Origin: Octopus vulgaris
Lineage: Eukaryota
Length of the DNA: 64,000 bases
Assembly: GCA_951406725.2 (NCBI GenBank)
Contig: OX597818.1
Coordinates: 38,502,001-38,566,000, forward strand
Direction: 5' to 3'
Made by a program: the position numbers and the translations under genes. The notes under the pieces are model-generated. The model worked only from the letters and a program-made list of their open reading frames with translations. It had not been told where the DNA came from and did not search any database. Of this stretch, positions 37,206 through 50,258 are shown in pieces. Numbering within the stretch: the first letter of the stretch is position 1; the number at the start of each line of letters is the position of its first letter.

Positions 37206-40200
37206 ATGATTGATCTAGCCTGCTTCTGATCAACCCATGCTGGTAAGTGACTGTCTAATGGTTTACCTGATCTTGCTTTCAGCTCATTCAGAGGTAAGTG
37301 GTGACCTCTACTGGCATGCATCCGTCCGTCTGTCTATTTGTTCGTCCATTGGAGTTGAGCAAGAGACACCAAGCTAATAGACGGCAGCCACTCAAATATG
37401 TTGGTCTGTAAACTAAAACAGACTGTCATGGCACTTCTAAACAATATACTTGGTAAATGTCATCAGCACCTACTGTTCCCTGTGCTCCCCCACCCCTTAA
37501 ACCTGTATTCATCCTTTAGTATATTTAATAGATTTTCTTCCTGCCATTATAGTCCCATTCATGGATCTGTGTTCAAGGTCGATAATGAATTGGCTGATAA
37601 TCGAAGAACTGGTAAACATATCTTAATCTGTTGCTGCTTGTAATTTTTGTTAATGATAATGTGTGTGAATGAAGAATGCTTTGATATTGTCCATAATAAT
37701 ACTGGTATCGAATTAAGATAATTCTTAATAGTGATGTCATCAAAAGGGATAATTGTGTTACAGTTCTTTTTCATTTTGTGGAATAGGAATTTTGTAGTTT
37801 TTAGAAAAATAATCACAGAAAATACTAACATCAATTTTACTTGATTTGAAAACTGGTAGAATTACAATAATTTTATTTTAACTTAGCTCAAGCTCGACTC
37901 ATTTGAGGAGTGTGGGAAAAGCACTTATTCCTTCAAAAATTAGCCAGATTGAGTTTCTTAATTCATTTTTAGTCTTTCAATCTCAATTTCTCTAATTACT
38001 CAATATAGCATTGACATTTTATATATTTCATTTTAATATCATTTGATGTCTGAAATGAATACATGAATGTTGTGTAATTTAAAGAAACGGTTTCTTTCTT
38101 TCTTTTACACATAACATTGAGTATAGGTATGAAATATAAGCTAGCCAATGTTTTGCTATTCAAACTTGACTGCAAAATCAGATTAAATTAACTCTTTATG
38201 TTTACTTCCAAATAATTAAAAAAAATCTCCAGTTTGAGAATGTCTCTGAAACATAAAAATGTGTACTTGAAAAGAGCAATATATTTTATTCTAATAAATA
38301 CTTTAAGCATAGACTAAAAACACCCCCAAAACTTAGATTTTATCAACTTTCTTATATAATAGTTATTTACTGCTCCATCAAAATAACTCTGCTGGAAAAA
38401 AAAAAATTTACAAAAACCTACATCAAAACTTGATTTTATAAACAAAGTAAAACTTAGTCACTTCACTTTTTTTCTTCTTTTTAAACATATTACAAAGTTT
38501 TTAACCACTGCATCAATAAACATGAAAAAAATCTGGGTTTAATGTTATTTGTGAATGGGGCCTTAATATTTTATTTTCCTGCACAGACACCATCATCATT
38601 CCAGTGGTTTTATTATAAGCACATGCCTATAGTCTGACCAGTTTCTTTTCTGATACAGACAGATTTCTATTTATGCAGTTCTATCAATCTTTGTCAGCAC
38701 CATGTTTGAATTGCTCGGTCGCCAATGTTGAGAGCATTGCTTTGACTACCAATCTGTTACATGAGACCACGGTGCCTCAATGCTTCCTCGACACCAGTGA
38801 TGCTTGCCTCTCTATACAGGTATTTCTTTGGTCTTAGATAATTGATATGTAAGCGGCTTCATTTATACTATCTTCCCTGCTGAATTCTGTTTTGTGCAGA
38901 TTTGTATATATTTACTTGGAGAAATAAAATTCATTTCCATGTTATGTTGAATGTATGATTTAGGTTGTGATAGATGTTTTAGCCAAGAGTGTGTGTGTAT
39001 GTTTGCGTTCATATACCAGCAACACACTCTAAATTGCCTTATTCTGTGTTCTCATTAGCAGAAGAAATATAAAAAAAGATGAATCTGAAATATATGTTAA
39101 TGCTTCCACGTTGGGGATTTACACTTTCTCTTTCAGATCTTAAGGTAAGTGAAAAGCCAGGATTCTGATAGTGTATCCTGAGTTGATGGCCTTCTGCATT
39201 TAGAATTAAAAGGGAACAAACTTGCAAATGTAACAGTATTTAAAGATAGGTAGCCTGAGATTTTTGGAGTTGAAACAAAAGAATCATTTCCTTTGGTTTA
39301 TCTACTTACATATTTAATTTCAAGATATATTCAAATAAAATATTAGCTTCGAGTAGTGTATCAGTTGAAATGGATATAACCAAATACTTTAGATTGAAGC
39401 ATACTAAAAGAAGTTATGTAGTATCATAAATTATTTCTGTGTAAGAATTGTTTGACATGAAATTGTATTGTTAAAATTCTTTTAACAAATTACAAAAACA
39501 ATTTATCGTAGAACATACAGAATGATTTGTTATTACAGTGGCTGGTGGTTAAAGCTTTGAAGAACTCACTTTATGACCATCAAATCTTGAGCCATTGGAC
39601 AGAAATATAACAACTTTACTTACAGCAGTTGCCTGCTTAATACCAGGCTCTATTCCTACTTTGTTGGGTAGGTACACTACCTAGTTGAAAAGTACTTGTG
39701 CTAACATGGGAAAATAAATATAAAGCTACATGAAGATGCTGATATTTTGAGAGAAATTCTAATTATATTTTAAAGATATATTTTCAAAATTTATTAAATA
39801 TTTCATGTAATTATTCAGTAATAATTTTTTTCACATAATTTATAGTAAAAAGCTCCATTTATAAAACATGGGCACCAAGCATTTAACTGATGTGACAAAG
39901 CCTTGAATTTTATGGATAGGCTTTTCAGTGTGCTTTTCCTGCTTAACTGATAGATATTTTGTAATCGGAAAAGTATGTCATTTTCATACTGTGCTTTAGT
40001 TTGTCACTTAACTATGCCAGCATGGTAAAACCAGTGCAAGATTGCAGCTGAGACTAGTTTGAAGGATTACAATAATATTTCATCTTAAATTGGTGCATCA
40101 TTCCCTGTTTGTTCCTGAAAGTATTATGCTGGTTTCACTCAGGCTATGCCAGCCACAAATGCATTAACTATATCAACTCGATACTCATCAATCTGCTGAT

Positions 40201-43200
40201 ATCAACTTCTTTTTACAGCATTTTCTGATTTTCAACCACAAATGGCTCAAAACTTATTGCAATGTAGATTGCTTGCTAACAGCTGTTGTCTTTGTTCATT
40301 TTCATCTATTGGTATGAGTACAAGTTTGGAGTGTATTGGCAGCAGGCAGAGAACAGTTTTATTTGAGGTATGGCTACATTTATTCTGCTCTGTCACACTG
40401 AAGATAAGCAATCCTAATGAGGAGTTTTCACTCACCACTTCTGTAGTCCGTCATATTCCATTGATGCCCCTTGTTCCCATTTTTGAATTTTCTCAAACCA
40501 AGATTTCGATGTTGCAGTCACAATCTCGTCATATTTTTCTGCCAAAATAGAGTTTTGAGTTGATTACTCTATTGGCATAATAATATTGGTATTACAAACT
40601 TTTTTTCATATTGAAACTTTCAGATTAAATTCGAATATTAGAGGTCATTGTTTGATTGAATTTTTTTTTGCAGTTTTGAAGAATTTGCATGGCTTTTTTT
40701 TTTTAAATGTATGAAAAAGACATGTTGCCAATTTCAATTTTTCTAGATATTTTAGTTTTAACAGGTTTGATTAATTATTTCTTGATCCCTTTCTTTTAAA
40801 TGGGCATATGCTTATTACTAGTGCTAATTTCTATTTTACTGTATATCTATTTAGCTCTAGTATTTAGCTATTCTTTTTCTACTGATGATTTCATAATGTA
40901 AATTTTATTCAGTTATTGACTGGCCAGACTGGTGATAAAGTGAAGGATATTATTACTGAAATTAGTTATGTATATTTATATCACCACAAAAACTATTTGA
41001 ATATAGTTACACTAAATATACCTGAAATTTTACACATGCGCGCATGCACACACACACACACACAAAGTTTTTTATAAATTAGAATGTTGTTTTCCTTATT
41101 AGCATAAACCAACCTTTTGAAAGTTTCATTTTTTTAAAAATTTCCCCATTGATTATTTAATTTACTTTTCAAAATTATATTACAAAAGTCTACTTAATTG
41201 GGTTCAGAATTGGTCAGAATTGCTATTTTGTAATAATCTATCAAAATTAAATTATTTATTTCAATTTTATTTATTTATTGGTCATTTTTTTAATCTTTTA
41301 ACAGTAGGGCATTTTTATAGTATTTCTTGGTTCAACAACTTCAGTTTCAATAGGTTATTTGCATGTGTTGACTTCAACTATGATATATTCTTCACACTTT
41401 CATTGTTTCCAAGTTTTAGTAAAACTATTTAAATGTAGATAGTTGAAATGTTCCCTATATGAAAGCTGAATTACTAGTTGTTCATCACTGGCCATCATGT
41501 CTTTTAGATGGTTTGTATTAAAGGTATTCTCTTGTTACCAGCTTTCTACTCAATGTTTGCTGATCGTGGGAGTGAGTACTGCATGTATGGATTTGATGAG
41601 CATACAGAGGTTAGTGCAGCTTTCTCTGGCCAAGCGTTTAAAGACATTGACTGACTGACTGCTGGGGGGTGGTGACAGTACATACAGACACCTTCCCTGT
41701 ACCATCACTTTTAGCGTAATTCAATCTGTATCCTTGACTGAAAATTTTGCGCACTGATTTATTATTGAAATATCTTTACGAATTTTTTTTTTTTTTTGAA
41801 AAAAGAAATGCATTTAAATTATTGCCTTACATTATATGGCAAGATTTTTTGAGAAGTACTTTTAAAAAAAAAAAAGTTTAATACATTTATTATTACTACA
41901 TTTTTATTAGTAAACAACAAGCATACAGCTGCCTCTTAAAAAAAAAAAAGTATTAGTTTCAAATGGTAAACTGATAAAATTCTGATTCCTCCCTGCTAAT
42001 TGGAAATTTCCTCACTCACATAAACCAAAGAATATTGTTGACTAATTTTAACTTAGCTTATTTGGGCAAAATATAAACTTATTTTGTCATTTATTTTTTC
42101 AGTGACTCTAAATAATAAAGAAAACAAACTTTTGTATTATAATTTTTTTTTAAAATATTAGATGAAAGGTTTCTTGTAAAAATTTGAATGACAAGTATTG
42201 TTTCATTATCATCATATTTTGTTTTAAGTATATCATGTTTTGTACCTAATTAAAATCATAGAATTAAATAAAAACTGAACAACAAATTTAATAGTTTTTT
42301 TTTTATTATTATTTTCCAAACCATTTATTTTTCTTTTCATTTTCAATCAATAGAAAATATTCTTAAATTTTCTGTTGGTATAGATTTATTTTCTGTATTT
42401 CCTGAAACCATTTTTGTTTTTCATTGCTCTGAAAATTGATAAAATATTTCCTTCAGATATTACTTGACCACATTTTTTGTGTTCATTAATAAAATTTGCA
42501 ACTTAATGTATATATTTTTTTCCTTATGATCATTTTTACTCAGTACCATTTTTTAATCTAACAAATGGTGTTGCAAATTTAAACCTGATAAATTAAGAAT
42601 ATTTGTCTGTCATCTCTTAGCTTCTCATTATTCATTTTGTTAGATTATTCACACAGTTTTTTTTTTATTCAGATGGCAATTATATGGGAGCTGTATCTTA
42701 TAGTTGAATTTTTAGTCTTATGGTGATTTACAAATTTCTAAAAAAATTTGAATTTGTCTTTCATAACAGCCAATCAAAAAGATATTTCTTTTTGATTTGA
42801 GCAGGAACTATTGTTTATGCTAGAACGTGTGGTGTGCAATGAAGGTGTTTGTTTTTAGATTGTGTTGACATATGTTAACTTTCATAGATGATTGGATGAT
42901 ACTTATTTGAAGTTTCTTCTATTTTTCTCTTGTAGTGAAATGACAGCACCACCGCCATTTGAACTGTGTTATTTCCTTTGCTGTAAACCAGTTGAAACAG
43001 TCCTGATGATGAGAATAGTGTCATTATTAAGATAATCAACACCTTAGCCATGCCAGGATTGAAACCAGCTATTCAAATAGGTATTTCTACTTAAAAAGAA
43101 CCAGAGGTATGTGAAATAGGTACCTACTGTCTCCTCCTCTTATTCCTCACTGTAGTGTCAGATGGTTGTTCCTGTTTTTCCTCTGGTATATAACTGACAA

Positions 43201-43351
43201 CTGCTCTTGCTGCTGTTCTATTATTCACTGGTTAGAATAGCACTCCATGCAGTGTAGTCTTTTCATACAGTTTTGACTGTTTCTGTCCATTCATTTTGTT
43301 ATAAATGGTCTTGCTAATTTTTTTTTTAATGTATTTCTTCTATAAAGAAGC

Positions 43352-43357
43352 AATAAA
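43352..43357 (+). terminator. candidate distal poly(A) signal of LUC7L3
   Basis: AATAAA followed by a U-rich stretch at the end of the transposon-free 3' region; another AATAAA lies at 42267. Confidence 0.4.
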
Positions 43358-43479
43358 ATACATTTTGCTCTTTTTTATTTATTTGTTATGCTTTCAATGA
43401 TTTTGGAGAAATTATCGACCACTTTTACAAGAATTGTGAATAAATTTTTTAATAAATCTGATCATGTTTATCGTTCTTA

Positions 43480-43900
43480 TCTTACATATTAAAACTGAAA
43501 ATGTCTGTGTGTGTCTGTGTATCGGTATGTCCTCATTTTGCGTCAAAACAGCTCGACCAATTTTTCTTAAACTTCATACGCACTATGTATGCTTATGTAT
43601 TTGGGTTTTAAGTATAAATTGATTTCGAAAAATGTTTGGGTAAACGGCAGGAGGAATAATATTTGGGCATGAGTGAACAGTGGGAGTAAAATTTTTAAGC
43701 TTCCAAGGGAAACAACCCATTCATTTTCAGTATGCTTATTTCTTAGTATTTGAACTATTTTAGTTATTTTCTCAATTTATCTAATACAATGGTTAAACAA
43801 ATAGTATTTTCCTAAACAATAGATCCACTTATTTCGGTTAGTGACTTATTCACGAATATACTAACACTAGTGCTTGTGTTGGTATGTTCGTGAATAAGCT
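43480..43900 (+). mobile_element. possible Helitron-like element
   Basis: Starts A^TCTTACATATTAAAACTG...GTCTGTGTGTGTCTGT, like other Helitron 5' ends; 3' end uncertain. Confidence 0.4.
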
Positions 43901-43939
43901 TTTTTTCACAGTTAATTACTTTGAATTGTTATTATCTCA

Positions 43940-44370
43940 TGACTGGCATCCGTGCTAGTGGAGTGCTAAGAGCACCATGCAAGCATGATCGTTGCCAGAG
44001 CAGCTAACTGGCTTCCGTGTCACTGGCATGTAAAAAGCACCATTTGAGCGTGATCGTTACCAGTGTCGCCTTACTGGCACGTGAAAAAACATTTGAGCAA
44101 GGTCGTTGCCAGTGCTGCTGGACTGACTCCTGTGCAGGTGGCTCGTCAAAAACACTATTTGAGCGTGGCCGTTGCCAGTACTGCCTGACTGGTCCTCGTG
44201 CCAGTTGTATGTAAAAGCACCCACTACACTCTTGGAGTGGTTGGCATCCAGCTGTAGAAACTCTGCCAGATCAGATTGGAGCCTGGTGCAGCCATCTGGT
44301 TTGCCAGTCCTCAGTCAAATCGTCCAACCCATGCTAGCATGGAAAGTGGACATTAAACGTTGATGATGAT
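43940..44370 (+). mobile_element. RTE 3'-tail copy with four internal repeats
   Basis: GAGCGTGRTCGTTGCCAG-type units then the common tail. Confidence 0.85.
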
Positions 44371-46169
44371 CTGGTTAGCCTGTTATTACGTAAAATGTTT
44401 CATGGTTTTAGTATACACCTCTCTCTCTTTCGGAGAGGCACAAGCACCTACACACACGGCAGTAACTTCCACCTACCGAATTCAATCACAAAGCTCCGGT
44501 CGGCTCGGGGCTATAGTGGAAGACACCTACCCAAAGTGCCACGCAGTGGGACTGAACCCAAAACCATGTAGGTAGGAAGCAAGCTCCCTAACCACACAGC
44601 CATGCCCCTTATTAGTATTTCCTCCTAAAATCTATATACTCTGGGAATGTATTAAAGCCCTTTATTTTATTTATTTGAATTCTTACTATATGGTAATTAA
44701 TTTCATGTTATTACATAACTGACTTCACAATTTGGGTATTCATAACTTATTGGGAATTCCTAAAAACAAGATCCTTTATAAGACAGTTCGGTATTCTCAA
44801 TAAATACACAAAAACCGTTGTAAGGGCTACATACTTTGTATTTTTGTTATTAGATTAGCAAAACAATTATGAGAATGGAACCAAGGGATAAGCTCGCTTT
44901 CCTGGGAATTACCAGCTATGTCAGCTACTATATATATATATATATATATATGCTTATTATAGCCTCAGACCAACCAAAACCTTGTGAGTGGATTTCATAC
45001 TTGGAAACTGAAAGAACACTGTCGTATATATATGTATGTGTGTGCGTGTCTTGTGTTTTTACCCCCACCATTGCTTGACAACTGATGTTGCTGTATTTAC
45101 ATTCCCGTTACTTAGCAATTTGGTAAAAGACATTGGCAGAATGAATACTAGGCTTACAAAGAATAAATCCTGTGGTTGATTTCTTCGACCAACGGCAGTG
45201 CTCCAGCATGGCCACAGTCACATGACTGAAACAAGTAAAACAATAAAAATTTATGCCATTTTAATCCCATGCAAGGCTGGGTATCTCTGCTAGTTTTTAT
45301 AAAAACCATTGAAATATAAATGCTTCCAGTTGTCTCAACCCTTTGTCCAATAAATATGCACTGCATATAACCATATATCTCTTATCCATGCAGATATTTT
45401 CTCTCAATATCCAGTCACTATCTCAACTTAGTTTGCATGGTGCATTTTGCATACAAGAAACTTTACAGAACTTATTCTCAAATTGCTGCATGCCCTCTGA
45501 ATTCATCATATAACATCACACTTTTTATGCTTGCATCACAAAGTGGAGAGAAGAGCCTTTTTTGAATTTTAGTTTCATTCATTTCAAACTTTTTTACCGG
45601 CTCTTCCTCCATCGTTAAATATGTTATTTAAGTCATAAAATCTAGCCACTCCCTAATGAGAACTAATTAAGAAGTCTATAGTTGCTTTTGGTATTAGTTG
45701 CTGTACTGTTAGTCTTTGTTTACTGATGAGTGATATTTCTGTATCCTGCTATTAACTTCTTTTTTGCACCACCAGTTTCATTTCTGTTCCTCGGTGACTT
45801 ATTTAGTGTTATAAGCTAGTTATAAACTTTTTAAAGACAAATACAAAGATACCTTGCTCACCACCAAATTCACCATCTTCTTGGCATTCTGAACATGAGG
45901 AGGTGAAGTAAGTATTACAAAGCATGTTGTCCAATTCTTGAACAATTTTCCAGTCTATTGTCCTGAACTAGTATTTTATTGAACACTGAAAGATGGAATC
46001 AAAGTTCACAGCAGGATTTGAACCCTGCACGTAAAAAGTTCAAACAAATATTGCAAGTCATTTTATTCAATGCTTTTAAGTTCTTGTTTACCACAATAAC
46101 TTTTGATGAGTGCCACTCAAATTTTTTAATAGTATGCTGATTCTTCAATCATTTTGACAATACTTATAT

Positions 46170-46885
46170 GTAGGAGTGGCTGTGTGGTAAGTAGCTTGCT
46201 TACCAACCATATGGTTCTGGGTTCAGTCCCACTGCGTGGAACCTTGGGCAAGTGTCTTCTACTATAGCCTTGTGAGTGGATTTGGTAGACGGAAACTGAA
46301 AGAAGCCCGTTGTATATATGTGTGTGTGTGTGTGTGTGTATATATATGTTTGTGTTTGTCCCCCCAACATTGCTTGACAACTGATGCTGGTGTGTTTATG
46401 TTCCTCGTAACTTAGCGGTTTGGCAAAAGAGAGTGACAGAATAAGTACTAAGCTTACAATGAATAAGTCCTGGGGTCGATTTGCTCAACTAAAGGCGGTG
46501 CTCCAGCATGGCCACAGTCAAATGACTGAAACAAGTAAAAGGAGTGTGTGTGTGTTTAGGTGCATGTATAGCTATGTGGTTAAGAAGATCTTGCTTCCTA
46601 GCTGTGTGGTTTTGAGTTCAGTACCACTGCATGGCAACTTAGGCAAGTGTCTTTCACAGCCCCTGGCTGACCAAAGTCTTGCCTGTGGATTTGGTAGGCA
46701 GAAACTGAAAGCTGTATGTATGTATATATATGTGTGTTTGTATAAAGGTGTACATATGTTGCTATATGTATAGATAAATCAAAAATACAGGGCTTACAAA
46801 GAATAAGCCCTGGTGTCGATTTGCTTGACTAAAGGCAGTGCTCCAGCATGGCCAAAGTCAAATGATTGAAACAAGTAAGAGTAAA
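46170..46885 (+). mobile_element. two tandem tRNA-derived SINEs (second family)
   Basis: A-box TGGCTGTGTGG, B-box GGTTCAGTCCC, core CCTTGGGCAAGTGTCTT, tail GACTGAAACAAGTAAAA; further copies near 14560, 44960 and 62127. Confidence 0.88.
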
Positions 46886-47369
46886 GAGTATATATATATA
46901 TATATGTTGTTATCAGTCCGAATATGCTTGATGCATGTCCAAACTGGGGAACAGGCTAATCACCGCGTTTTATCATGGAGAATATATCTTACTTGTAGAC
47001 AAATGGTGTGTATACACTTAGATCAGCTTGCAGCACCACCTACTTAGACTTTGAAGTGCTAGCATTTCGGAGTAGTTATCTCCTTTTCAGTGACAGACAC
47101 TAGACAGACTATGCTATGAGCCGACTGAAGAGATTGACTCGATGCTTTTCCAGTCACCATACAGTGACTGGTAGTGTTATACATGCATCAAGCATATTTG
47201 GACTGATAATAACATTACAATTCTACTTATCACTGCTTAGCGCTCCCTCTCCATAATATGTATATATATATACATACACACAAGATGTACCTGTGATATG
47301 TTGGGTCACAACCAATCCAAGTTAAAACTGTTAATGTGCAGTGGCAAAGGAAAAAATACCATTTTGAAC

Positions 47370-48110
47370 TTTATGCACTAAAATTCTTTAATACAGTTGT
47401 CTGGTCTTTGTTATGACAACATTAACATGACCATGTGTTCTTTCTTTGAAAACATTCAAATGGCCTTCAACTTTTTGCCATTCTTTGTTACTACTGTTCC
47501 AGGTGAAATACGTGGGTACTTCAGCATAAAGTAATGCTTATGCAAAGTCATTGATGCACAATGAAAAGAATTCTGTCAATGTTGTATCGATCAGTATAAA
47601 TATGGTAACTCCTGTATCTTTCTATAAATGCCAAAATAATTTATTACTGCCTCTTAACATTAGTTTTGGGGGTATGTTGGGAGTGAAAACGTTAAATTCT
47701 GTAGATGAAATTTTTTGAGATATATTTTACTTGAAAAGATCATCTCAGTTGATATTATCTAGGAGAAAAATTCTTGTTTTTTTTTTTTGTATTCACACAA
47801 GAATACTTTAGTGAAGAAAATTGATATAAGTTTCAGGATATACAACTAAATTGGGTTTTTTGTGAAACTGGCTGAATGGCCAAAAGTATGTTTGATTCAT
47901 ACCATATACTTCTGTCATATGTTGTTTATTGACAGCCTCATTATTTCTGAGCAATTTTCTTTGTTCATCTGTTAGATAAACTTGCAGTCTCAATATTGCA
48001 GGTTCTCTTTTATGACTTAAAAATCCTAAAATGAATGCAACTGCTTCAGATGGTCCAGTATGCCTACCCATTAGATATTGACTAATTTTGTTATCATTGT
48101 TTGAACAGCA
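47370..48110 (-). pseudogene. decayed Helitron Rep/helicase fragment
   Basis: ISQYLMGRHTGPSEAVAFILGFLSHKREPAILRLQVYL and TTLTEFFSLC...LLYAEVPTYFTWN, motifs typical of RepHel; stops and frameshifts present. Confidence 0.75.
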
Positions 48111-49090
48111 GTTTGGTTTTGATTAAGATGACAAACTTAACATAAAGTTTAATATTTTATTTTAAATAATATAATTTTCCCCTTTCAGAAAAGAAAAAAA
48201 ATCAAGTACCTGTGATTCATAAAAATATAAAAATATTGGGGAAAATTTTTATCTTTCAGTCTATGGCACTCCGAAAGTTGTATTAATGATTAAGGGAAGC
48301 AAAAAGGACGGACAGTGGTAGCTGCGACAACTCTTTGAAGTGTTGTTGCCACAAATAACATTTTCAACTTGGTTTTTTTACTTTAAGGGGTAAATGACAT
48401 TTTATTCGTAATCTTTACCATCTTAAAGGGCAGGAAAACAAACTTTTGAGTTTTATTATTTTATATATATATCATCATCATCATTTAACATCCGTTTTCC
48501 ATGCTAGTATGGGTCGGATGGTTCAACCGGGGTCTGGTAAGCCATGGAGGCTGCACCAGGCTCCAGTCTGGTTTGGCAGTGTTTCTACAGCTGGATGCCC
48601 TTCCTAATGCCAACCACTCCGTGAGTGTAGTGGATGTTTTTTACGTGCCACCGGCAAGGTGCCAGAGGAGGCTGGCAAATGGCCACGATCGGTTGGTGCT
48701 TTTACGTGTCACCGACACGGACGCCAGTCAGGCAGCGCTGGCATCTGCCATGTTTGGGCAGTGCTTTTTATGTGTTACCGGCACAGGTGTCTTAACTACA
48801 ATTTCCATTTGATTTTTATTTTGATGTTGGTGTTGACGTACTCGACTCAATAGGTCTCCTCGAGAACAGCGGGTCACTCTACGGTCCAAGGTTAGCACAG
48901 CAGGCTGTCCTGCGAGCCATGAACTCACTTCATTTGTCGGGTCTTCACAGTCACAGCATATCTCAGGGGTCTCGGTCTTCGTCATTTCCTCTGTGAGGCC
49001 CTACGTGCTACCGGCACGGGTATCACAACTACAATATCCATACAATTTTTATTTTGATGTTGATGAACTTGACACACACATATATATATA

Positions 49091-49699
49091 TAATTAAGGT
49101 GACTAGATGCAATCTAAAACCAAAAACGAAATAATTCCCTGTCACTAAAGTGATCAAGGGTGCAGAGAGCACTTGCATTGCTATGAATATGTCATAGACA
49201 CTTTAGCTACAGAAAGCACAGTCTATTTGGACAGGGGAGACGATCTCCTCAGTGCAAGCAAGATGCTTTAGATTAGCATATTAATTTCGTTTAGAAATTA
49301 ATACTCATCAGTGATGCTTACTCTATTGCGAGTTGCTCCCAGCACCCTTGGTCACATTAGTGATGGGGAATTATTTCTTTTTTGGTTTTAAACTGCGTCT
49401 AGCCACCTTAATTATTTTATAATTTTCACATTACCATTTTGTGGAATCAGCCACTATGGTATTTTCTATATTACTGACAGGCAAAAATTTAGCTTCACCA
49501 TGTGCAATGGAATAAGCATTACTGATGAGCATTAATTTCTATATGAAATAAGCATGCTAATCTAATGCACCTCACTTGTGGTGGGGAGATTGTCTCTGTC
49601 ATTTCAAATAGAACGTGTGCTTTCTATGGCTGAATAGTCTATGGCTCATTTGTAGCAATGGTGGTGCTCCCTGCATCCTTGGTTACTTTAGTGACAGTG

Positions 49700-49705
<6 letters not shown>
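49091..49705. mobile_element. Penelope-like fold-back element with two hammerhead motifs
   Basis: Inverted arms 49091-49180 / 49325-49414; 49512-49705 is an inverted copy of 49130-49320; hammerhead cores at 49265-49317 (-) and 49516-49568 (+). Confidence 0.65.
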
Positions 49706-49736
<31 letters not shown>

Positions 49737-50258
49737 TATACATATATATATATATCATCATCATTGTTTAGCGTCCGCTTTCCATGCTACCATGGGTTGG
49801 ATGGTTCAATTGGGGTCTGGGAAGCCAGAAGGCTGTACCAGGTTCCAGTCTGATCTGGCAGTGTTTCTACAGCTGAATGCCCTTCCTAACAGCAACCACT
49901 CCGTGAGTGTAGTGGGTGCTTTTTATGTGCCACTGGCACAGGTGCCAAACGATGCTGGCAAACGGCCACGATCGGTTGGTGCTTTTTACGTGCCACCGGC
50001 ACAGGGGCCAGGCGAGGCTGGCAATGGCCATGATCGGATGGTGCTTTTTATGTGCCACCGGCATGGAGGCCAGTCAGGGCGGCGCTGGCAACGGCCATGT
50101 TCAGATGGTTCTCTTACGTACCACCAGCACTGGTATCACAGCTACAATTTCCATTGTTGTTGATCGATTTCGATTTTGATTTTGATATATATATGTATGT
50201 GTGTGTACACGCACACACACACATAATGTGCAGGTGTGGCTATGTGGTAAGAAGCTTG

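Noticed and set aside
40883-40959. Possible C/D box snoRNA (TGATGA...CTGA)
   Set aside because: Imperfect box C, no terminal stem and no recognisable rRNA guide.
48501-50163. Recurrent FLQLDALPNANH-type ORFs
   Set aside because: Antisense translations of the non-coding RTE tail, not a gene family.
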